NCBI GenBank assembly: GCA_951406725.2
Contig: OX597816.1
Location: 130,448,001-130,512,000 of the forward strand
Source of the DNA: Octopus vulgaris
Taxonomy: Eukaryota
DNA length: 64,000 bases
Direction: 5' to 3'
How positions within the stretch are numbered: position 1 is the stretch's first letter; every line of letters begins with the position of its first letter. Positions 54,847-64,000 of this stretch are shown piece by piece. A program made the position numbers and the translations under genes. Under the pieces are notes generated by a model. It worked only from the letters and a program-made list of their open reading frames with translations. It was not told the origin of the DNA and did no database searches.

Positions 54847-56211
54847 TATGCATATAAAAATATATATGTATAAACAGATGTATATGTATTTATGCATGTT
54901 GTAGAAGTCAATTCAGTCCGTACAAACGTTCTTACAATCTAGTTCCGGTGAATGAATTTGTTTTGAGTGGATAAAGTGTTGCACAGCACTGAACCCACTT
55001 TTCGGGGCAATCAGATATAAAACCAGTGGCACAACAGGGGTCGAGACAACCAGAAACTAACTGCACTTCAGGATTTTTATACGAGTTTGATATGCGGGTA
55101 TCCTGTAAATAACTCACGGAGTGACGACATAGCTACGGTTTGCTCTTCGGCAAGGTATAGTACCCGTTCAGCCACCTTTCCAGTGTTACAGCGAAGTCTT
55201 GGGACTATAGCATAGTCCATTGTGAAGAGGTAGCGGAAGAGCTCAGCTGAGCCAATGATGCTTCTTATATTGATGCTGAGAGCAGGAACGGTCCTAGAAG
55301 AGCAACGGTCAGGATCACCAAGCTCTATCAAGAGAGTAACTGCAACACATCCATATGAGCGTCGTCCATGGTTGTGTAATCAGCTAACGAAAGATTCACC
55401 ATGACTCAAGCTCCCAGTTCAAATTCATAACAATGGAACTGGATGGTGACAGAATGTCATGGGAATCCGCAAAAGCAGCACAACGAAGAATACGAGTTTT
55501 ACCTTCTCCTAGAAGGAAGTACTAGGGGTCCTTCATGCCCATTAGTACGTGATAGTTAACCCATAGCTGGAATACTAACAAGTGCTCCTGGTCAGGGTAA
55601 ACCTGAGAACAATAGTGGCTAAGAAGTGGTTCCACACTCCTCAAAACCCAGGAACTCTCGTACAAGAATCCCACTATCGGATGCATATCCAAACTCATAT
55701 ATATGCACAAAAAACACACTCACGTACATGCGCACGCATGCACTTACACAGATACACAAACGCATACACACACACACGTACACCGCATGGTATCTTCTCT
55801 CAATTTTTTTGTTTTTGCAACAGCTTATGAATTTGTTTGGCAGTCGCAATATAACAAATAATCTTGCTGTCAGATCAGCTAAATTACGAATAATTGACTA
55901 GCTGTCGGCCAAGAAAAATACGTTGTAATTACCAGCCTGTCAATATATTATATGATTTACTGAATTACTCGCTTGCGAGCACTTCTCAAGCTCTGGGGCA
56001 AACACTGAAAGACAAATCAAAATCAATGAAAAATATCAAAAGAGAAAGTTCTACGAAAATAAAGAAAAACTCCACTTAATGTCAGATGGTAAATTCGTGA
56101 TGGTGTTCGCTTAGCTGTAGTTATTTTTGCTGTTGGTTTTGAGAGCGAGCGAATAAACTGAAAATTCAAAGTAACTGTTATGAGTTCATATAAACATGTA
56201 AAACCACGTGC

Positions 56212-56244
<33 letters not shown>

Positions 56245-56621
56245 TGTATGTATGTATGTATGTATGTATGTATGTATGTATGTATGTGTGTATGTAAGTA
56301 TGTATGTATGTATGTATGTATGTATGTATGTATGTATATAGTTTATGATAAAGTCAAAGTAAGTAATGATAATTTGAAAGCGTTTCAGATCATTGTGTAA
56401 AGATAGTAGGAAATTGATCACTTACACAAAAACTTCTTCAGTTAAGATATTTCAAAATATAAATTGTATAGCGTATATATTGAGCATTGTACGACTCTAT
56501 GCCAGTACAAACTAACTTGTTCCAGCCCCATTTACACGGATACTTTAACAAGGATTTGGAGTATTCTTCCATTTGACTCAGGTCGAAAATTCTGGTAATG
56601 TGCATCACTTCTAGGCATAAC

Positions 56622-56664
<43 letters not shown>

Positions 56665-56667
<3 letters not shown>

Positions 56668-56750
56668 AAAGACTTTTTCTATTCCTGAGCGCTATATATT
56701 TGTTTGTTTGTACACCACCTGCCTTCGTCTTTTGTTTATTTTCGTATATA
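56665..56750 (+). mobile_element. Repeat family P1, 5'-truncated near the predicted cleavage site
   Basis: Starts gtaaaagactttttctatt directly after (TA)n. Confidence 0.6.
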
Positions 56751-56778
56751 AATAATTTACAATATAAGGGCAAAAGAA

Positions 56779-57262
56779 AAATTCTAATGCCAAATATGCC
56801 GGAAAAAAGACAAAAATTGTCAATAACCATTATAATTTATGCGTCTCGAAACAAACCAATAGAAATTTCTAAAAAATCCGTTATTACCGCATTGGTCCCA
56901 ATTTCGGGGTTAATTCATAAGAATTCTCCCCTCTTCAGCGATAAATACGTGAGATATAAGTGAAATACTTACTCATACCCATGGAAAAAGCAAGCACTAT
57001 GTCCTGAGCAGACCTAAGTACCCAAAATATATCCAAAATAGAAAATCTTAAGCACATCTCGAGACACGTGTGATTCGAACTAGAAACTTTCACAGACTGA
57101 GAGAATCCGGAAGTGAACACTAACAAATTTATAACTAATGTAGGATAAAATATTTTTCGGGATAAAATTTTATCAATGGCCAGCATATCAAAAAATAACT
57201 TTAAATTATAATGGTTATTGACAATTTTTGTCTTTTTTTCGGCATATTTGGCATTAGAATTT
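56779..57262. repeat. ~60-bp near-perfect inverted repeat with ~360-bp spacer
   Basis: 56779-56839 versus 57202-57262. Confidence 0.9.
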
Positions 57263-57344
57263 GTTGGTTATTGAGTGACAATTACACTACTGAGCGTAAT
57301 AAATGGGCGAGGGTAACAAGTGATTTTACCCTTAATTTATATAT

Positions 57345-57586
57345 GGCAAAAAGAAAATGGAGGGAATCCAGAGGTAGTATGCATCAGCTGTTAGGCATTA
57401 TATTATGTCTATTTATTTATTTTAAACAGTTCTGAGAACATATATACATGAGTAAAGTACCAGTAATTTCCAGAATAGAGAAAGAAGAGCTCTATTCTGG
57501 AAATTACTGGTACTTTACTCATGTATATATATTCTCAGAACAGCCGATGTATACTACCTCTGGATTCCCTCCGTTTTCTTCTTGTC
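57345..57586. repeat. Nested inverted repeat
   Basis: Inner arms 57429-57480 / 57490-57541 (one mismatch seen); outer arms 57345-57392 / 57539-57586. Confidence 0.9.
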
Positions 57587-58041
57587 TGAACAGGTGCTCT
57601 GTATACTACGTGTCAGGTGTCGAAGTGATCGCAGAGTAACGTGAGATTAGTGTTTTACTCAAGAACACAAAGCACCATCCGGTCTAGGAATTAAAATCAC
57701 AATCTAGCGATCATCAGTGCAACACTCTAACCACTAAGCCAAGCGCCCTCACACACTCATACGTGCACACACACACATACATACATACATACATACATAC
57801 ATACATACATACATACATACATACATACATACATGTATGTATGTATGTGTGTGTGTGCACGTATGAGTGTGTGAGGGCGCTTGGCTTAGTGGTTAGAGTG
57901 TTGCACTGATGATCGCTAGATTGTGATTTTAATTCCTAGACCGGATGATGCTTTGTGTTCTTGAGTAAAACACTAATCTCACGTTACTCTGCGATCACTT
58001 CGACACCTGACACGTAGTATACAGAGCACCTGTTCAGACAA
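57582..58041. repeat. Near-perfect ~210-bp-arm palindrome of a SINE head centred on (TACA)n
   Basis: One mismatch seen between the arms; the SINE continues on the plus strand to ~58167. Confidence 0.92.
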
Positions 58042-58566
58042 CTTCGATTTGCTGGAGAGAGTGAGCTAATGTGCGGCACGAACATTTGGTTACTATAAAC
58101 AAATCATTTTTGCAGGTCGTTCGGCAAAAGCTGAACGCTCATTTGTCGTCTTCAGCTGGAGAGTCCATCACATAACTTTTATTGTTTGTTTTCAGTCACT
58201 GAACTCTGATCATGTTGTGTTATCTTCTTCAATGATCTACTGAATAATACTTTTTCAGAACTTAGGTTTGTCATACCCGGAAAGAGACAAAAGATGAAGT
58301 GGACCTGGATTGCGATGTGAACTCAGAAGGTAGAAGGACGTCACCATATAACAGATTATCTTGCTCAATACTCCGCCACTTCTATCACCAACTGAATAGT
58401 TGTAATTCACTTGTATAATCTGTTATAATTTGGTTCGCATCTTTATTACGGCACGGCCAACGACTGAAACGGTCATAAAACTAAATGAGTATGCGTATAC
58501 AGCTAAGATTTGTAATGTAGAAAGCAACATAAATTTAGAATAAAGTTAAAACTGATCCCCTCTCTC

Positions 58567-58658
<92 letters not shown>

Positions 58659-58763
58659 TTATGTATATGCATATATGTATATATAATGCATACGAATGTA
58701 TATGTATACGTATACATGCATATATATATGTATATATATTTATATATGTACATACATACATAC

Positions 58764-58817
<54 letters not shown>

Positions 58818-58859
58818 ATGATATATGTCTATTTATATATACATATATGCATGTGTGTG

Positions 58860-59070
58860 TATTAAGTCCCCACACACGCACTTTTTATCAACTCTGACCT
58901 TCGTGAAATTTTCTCGTTCCTTATTTACCATATATTTATAAGGTACGTGCGGGAATTTGTCGGCTGTCTCAGCCTTGTTTTCGTCCAACGACCGAAGTAT
59001 CAGTCTGGGGAGTTGCTTGATATGTGATATATGAGCTCTTAATGTAGATATAAAGCGATCTGTTATTTCT
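58860..59070 (-). mobile_element. Possible Penelope-like GIY-YIG C-terminal remnant
   Basis: IREITDRFISTLRAH...KERENF weakly resembles IGET.R....R..EH...RE. Confidence 0.3.
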
Positions 59071-59210
59071 CTAATGTGTACATTCATATACACATACGTG
59101 TATACATACAAACATGCATGTATACATACATGCATACAAACACATGCAGATAGACAGACACATATATATATATATATATGCATACATACGCTTATGCATG
59201 TATGTATCTC

Positions 59211-59288
<78 letters not shown>

Positions 59289-59394
59289 GATACTGTACTG
59301 GTGGGCCCTCCAAGCGATACCGACAGATGAAAGGAGGTGGAAGAAGGAAGTGGAGGGGTGGAAAAGGAAATGGAGAGGGCGGAAAAGGAGAAAC

Positions 59395-59444
<50 letters not shown>

Positions 59445-59785
59445 AAGACTTGTTATTGTGCAAGCCAATGGCACATTTCTAGTCAACCGAACGTGTGGGT
59501 GCGATCCGTAGTTCTATCGAGTTCCGGATATGAAAGGGTAATTGCCGCTGTTGAGCCCCGATGGAAAAGACCTATGATCAGAGCTATTGTAATCGTAACG
59601 ATTCTGCTCGTTAGGGATAAGCAGGCACGATATATTTTAATATGTATTTTCCTTATTCAAGGCAGTAGAATGTGATATGAGGGAGATTTGGTCGATCCTT
59701 CTGTTAGGTTAAGTGACTGCTGAGAGGCTTCCTTGTTGGATCCTATAAAACAGTAGTAATGGTGGAAGAGAAGGAAAATATAAGC

Positions 59786-59856
<71 letters not shown>

Positions 59857-60042
59857 TAATAATTTCTACTATAGGTACAAGGCCTGAAATTTTTAGGGAG
59901 GGGTCTAGTCGATTACATTGACCACAGCGTTTCACTGGTGCTTATTTTACCGACTCCGAAAGGATGAAAGGCAAAGTTGACCTCAGCGGAATTTGAACTC
60001 AGAACATAGCGACGGACAAAATACAACAACAACAACAACAAC

Positions 60043-60102
<60 letters not shown>

Positions 60103-60106
60103 AATG

Positions 60107-60139
<33 letters not shown>

Positions 60140-60149
60140 GCAGCAAAGA

Positions 60150-60265
60150 TGGCTGGAGGAGATTGAAGCAAAGATATAGACAAATGGTTGAAGGAGATTG
60201 AAATAGAATGCCTGGTAGAGCTCCTACAGAAAGTTTGTCTCTTAGGGAAAGCAAATATTATCAGG
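60150..60265 (+). mobile_element. R4/Dong-like (RLE) LINE extreme C-terminus next to (AAT)n
   Basis: SKDIDKWLKEIEIECLVELLQKVCLLGKANIIR resembles LQKA.LLGTA.I.R. Confidence 0.55.
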
Positions 60266-60269
60266 ACAG

Positions 60270-61255
60270 ATTTCCCGCCCACCCTCACTTTCCTTTTCAA
60301 GTGAAACTTCCAGAAGTTGATGCGGGTTCTACCAAAGAGGAATGACTCTGTCCTAATCCCTTTCAACCTCGTCTATCAGACAATCTCTTTCGTCATAGCC
60401 ACCAGGCAAAGAACGACTGCCTTAACTGCCCAATTAAAGGAAGGCTGCGGAGTAATCATCACTATGGACTCAGTTGATAGACAGATACATCCCACACGCG
60501 ACAGCAGCTCTTCGACATAACTCTACAGGTTAGTAATGCCCACACACTGAACGAGTGCGTGCAGAACGGTTTCGTCGCTCAGCGCGTACCCCGAAGGTGC
60601 CTGTAGAGTTTATCTCGAACAGGTAGCACTCCTCTGTAGCACAGTAAGGCCAAGGACATCTGGGAACTATTCATGGTAGTCCCCGAATGGAAAGTCCTCT
60701 GGAACAGACTAACCAGTTCGTTTTCGTCGACACTCAGTCTCCCCGAGAACGTCGTCGCACTTCCCGGCCACTGATCCACTAAATATTAATAAAGTGGGAC
60801 ATCCACCCATTCTATTGCCCGACTGGTAGAGGTCCGAGAGCACCTGACGACATTTTAGCTGCCAGGCGCGCAGTCTCGGTCTTTCCTTCACTCAGGACCG
60901 CAGTTCCGTTACGGAGACGAGATGCGGAAATACATGCCTCGCAAACGGAGTCCATACACACGGTCCAGAAATCGTTGAACCTGAACGCGAGTCTGGGAAT
61001 CAGAAGCCACGTAGAAGGTGCTGGAAGCAGACTAACCATCTGAACAATGGAACGCGCCCCTTCCACAAGAAAATAAATAAGAGACACTCCAACTTGATAA
61101 AGCAGTAACCGGGGCAGGGCGTGACAGTCAAGCGATAAACGATGACGGAGGAGATGTAGGCGTTGGCCATCTCTTCCCGATCTTTAAAGGACATCTTCTC
61201 TACCCATTTGTGGATAAGACCTGCCACCCTGTTCATCACGTAGTCCCAATTTTTA
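60270..61255 (-). mobile_element. L1/Tx1-clade LINE ORF2, post-RT region
   Basis: KNWDYV...WVEKMSFKDREEMANAYISSVIVYRL...LFIFLWKG and the same C-terminus as 45010-45480. Confidence 0.75.
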
Positions 61256-61399
61256 CTCACCTGGAGGTCGACTTTGCCTTTCATTCGATAGGAGTCGATA
61301 AGTACCAATTGAGCGCTGGGGTCGATGTAAACTATTTAGCCCCTCCTCCTGAAATTGCTGGCCTTGTGCCAAAATTTGATACCATTATTATTGTTATTT

Positions 61400-61444
<45 letters not shown>

Positions 61445-62044
61445 AATTATAATCCAGTCTTTTGTAGAGTCTGCCCCTGCCATTTGACTATCAGTGCAAT
61501 ATTGTAATGGAAAGTCCATACTTCAAATTACTCTATTCTGATACTGATCCATTTGCTGCGATACATAATAGGTGAATATACTATGTGTCTAGTTGCAATT
61601 TCAAAAGTAATCAAAACTCTACTTTAAATTATTTAAATGTTCGCACTACAAATTAATCTGTGATTGTGACTACTTCTATGTATGCGTACGGTCATAAGTT
61701 GATGTATCGGTAAACTTTAAGTTGTGTTAGTTTTTTCATTATGCTTGTTGTGTACATGTGTGCACTGCGTATGATTACAGATGAAAAGTCTCAACGTCAA
61801 GACGCACGCAGATGCATATACAATATTATTACTACAAGAAGGATCTAAATTTGGATCTGACTTGACAATCCATTGCTTAACGTGTGGATACTTGGGAGCA
61901 ATTGAATCTTTAAGTAGATATATTCTGGTGTGTATGCATGTATGTAAGTATGTATGTATGTATGTATGTATGTATGTATGTATGTATGTATGTATGTATG
62001 TATGTATGTATACACACACATATACAAATATATACATACATATG

Positions 62045-62094
<50 letters not shown>

Positions 62095-62714
62095 CTCACA
62101 CATATACACATATATGAGCATATATGCGTGTATATTTACACGTATATATATATTTGCTATTTGCGTATCTACCTTCCGTGTCTATGAAACCGACACAGAT
62201 CACTTGTTAAGAACACAATCACGAAAGATACCAAATGGAATAATTTTCGTTGCAAATCTTTTCAGGTGAAAATGAATGTGAACGAAAAAAAAGCCCCCCC
62301 CCAAAAAAAAACAAAAAACAAAAACAAACAACAACAAACAAACATTGAAACGAAAATTACAATTACGAAAATGTGAAGGGTGCGGGATTGGTAGTGTTAC
62401 TTTGAAGTTGAGTGAAGACTAAAAGAATGTATTCACCCATTGAAGTGATATAAGAAAAACAAAATAAAATAACGAAACAAAAACAATATTTTACCTATTC
62501 TTCAGTAAAAGGATAGATAGTTGTCAGACGAGAATTACCGTCCGCCAATCTAACCTCGTTATATGCAGCAGTGACTTTAGATCTTTGATGAAACTAAAGT
62601 ATCAGATAACATTACAAGGGTATAAATAAAAGGATAAGTAGTTATTCACCTCACGCATTTGTAAGATAAATAAATTTATATCCTTCTTTATCAACGTTAT
62701 TAAACAATGCTATG

Positions 62715-63013
62715 CAGGGTGGGCCAAAAGTCACGCACAGAATAAGTTCGATACGCTCCGGAATTGTCCAAGACATGCTTCAATTTCAATTTTTCTAAAA
62801 TTGAATAAATCAGATATCTTGTCCACCGATAAACAAACAAACAAACAAAGAAACAAACACGACTGAAAACAATACCTCACCTTCGCCAAGGCAGAGGAAA
62901 TAATGATGAACACACGCGTACTTGCACATGACGAATAAAATGAATAACATTAATAATAATGTAATATAAGTAAAATGGCGAATGTTTTAGTGCGTGACTT
63001 TTGGTCCACTCTG
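62715..63013. mobile_element. Tc1/mariner-type MITE containing a Helentron/HINE-like end
   Basis: TIRs cagggtgggccaaaagtcacgcac / gtgcgtgacttttggtccactctg-TA; internal (aaac)n...acctcaccttcgccaaggcagagg hairpin. Confidence 0.7.
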
Positions 63014-63479
63014 TATTTGACTTCATGTATCAGGACTAGGATAATCGGAGGTTGTGTCGTGGAGATAAATAGCTACGATTGAGATTCGAAACCAGAATAC
63101 CACACTCAGTTGGGTGAAAGCTTACTGCGATCTTTACATCAATCATCAAGTTGGCAAGTTATTGTTGTTGTCACTGAACAGTCTTACGATCAAAGGTATT
63201 TAATTTCTGACCACCTCGTCCTTTTGAGTTTTATACAATTGCATTATTTAACTAAATCTTTCCATGTCTATAAAAAAAAGGAATCTTATGAATTAGACAT
63301 ATCTCACAGAATTGTGTATGTATGTATGTGTGTATGTATGTATGTATGTATGTATGTATGTATGTATGTATGTATGTATGTATGTATGTATGTATGTATG
63401 TGGACATACATACATACATACATACATACATACATACATACATACATACATACATACATAGATATACATATGTATTTCG

Positions 63480-63697
63480 TTAACTTGTTTCAGTCACCAT
63501 TGGACTGCACCATGCTAGAGCACTGCCTTGAAAGGTTTAATCGAATTGATCAATTCCAGTACGTATTTTAAAAACTTATACTTATTTTATCGCTTTCTTT
63601 TGCCGAACCACTAGATTACGGTGACGTAAACAAACCAAAACCAGTTGTCAAGCGCTGTTGGGAAACAAACAGAAACGCAAAAGCACATGCACGCGCA

Positions 63698-63788
<91 letters not shown>

Positions 63789-63957
63789 AAATATGTATAC
63801 AGCGAGTTTCTTTCAGTTTCCGTCTACCAAATCTCCTCAGTCTTTGCTCAAGCCAGTGCTATGGTAGAAGACACTTGCGCAAAGTATTGCGCAGTAGGAC
63901 TGAACCCTAGACTAAATGGTTGGGAAGCAAGTCTCCTAACCACGCAGTCACGCCTAT
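63480..63957 (-). mobile_element. SINE family A, diverged
   Basis: Homology to family A; internal (CA)n. Confidence 0.8.
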
Positions 63958-64000
63958 AAGCCACACCTGTAAGCCACGCCTATATGTGTATGTATGTATC

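Noticed and set aside
57481-57515. HHR-like gaagagc...ggaaa in the hairpin loop
   Set aside because: No CUGA core and no stem I or stem II pairing

Overview
AT-rich, gene-poor eukaryotic DNA, probably intergenic or deep intronic. The SINE families and the very high density of (TA)n, (CA)n, (TATG)n, (TCTA)n and (AAT)n microsatellites suggest an octopus or other coleoid cephalopod genome (inference). I can support no intact host protein-coding gene: the ORF track is almost entirely microsatellite translations and decayed transposon fragments. The window is a mosaic of tRNA-derived SINEs (at least 3 families, more than 30 copies), Tc1/mariner elements (three DD37D/maT, DD34D mariners, MITEs), a hAT-like element, Helitron pieces, and LINE fragments (Tx1/L1, RTE, CRE-like, R4/Dong-like, Penelope-like Naiad type). 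The most interesting signal is a set of hammerhead-ribozyme (HHR) motifs. The best case is 36084-36571: a 488-bp element flanked by an exact 11-bp target-site duplication, made of about 1.4 copies of a 350-bp monomer with a type I HHR, i.e. non-LTR retrozyme architecture. A second HHR with an intact catalytic core lies at 48234-48297 (- strand), head-to-head with a truncated homologue, and further HHR-like motifs occur in short Penelope-terminus-like repeats. One SINE family also forms head-less tandem multimers joined at the same self-complementary junction at three loci. All calls were made by eye; coordinates of decayed elements are approximate.
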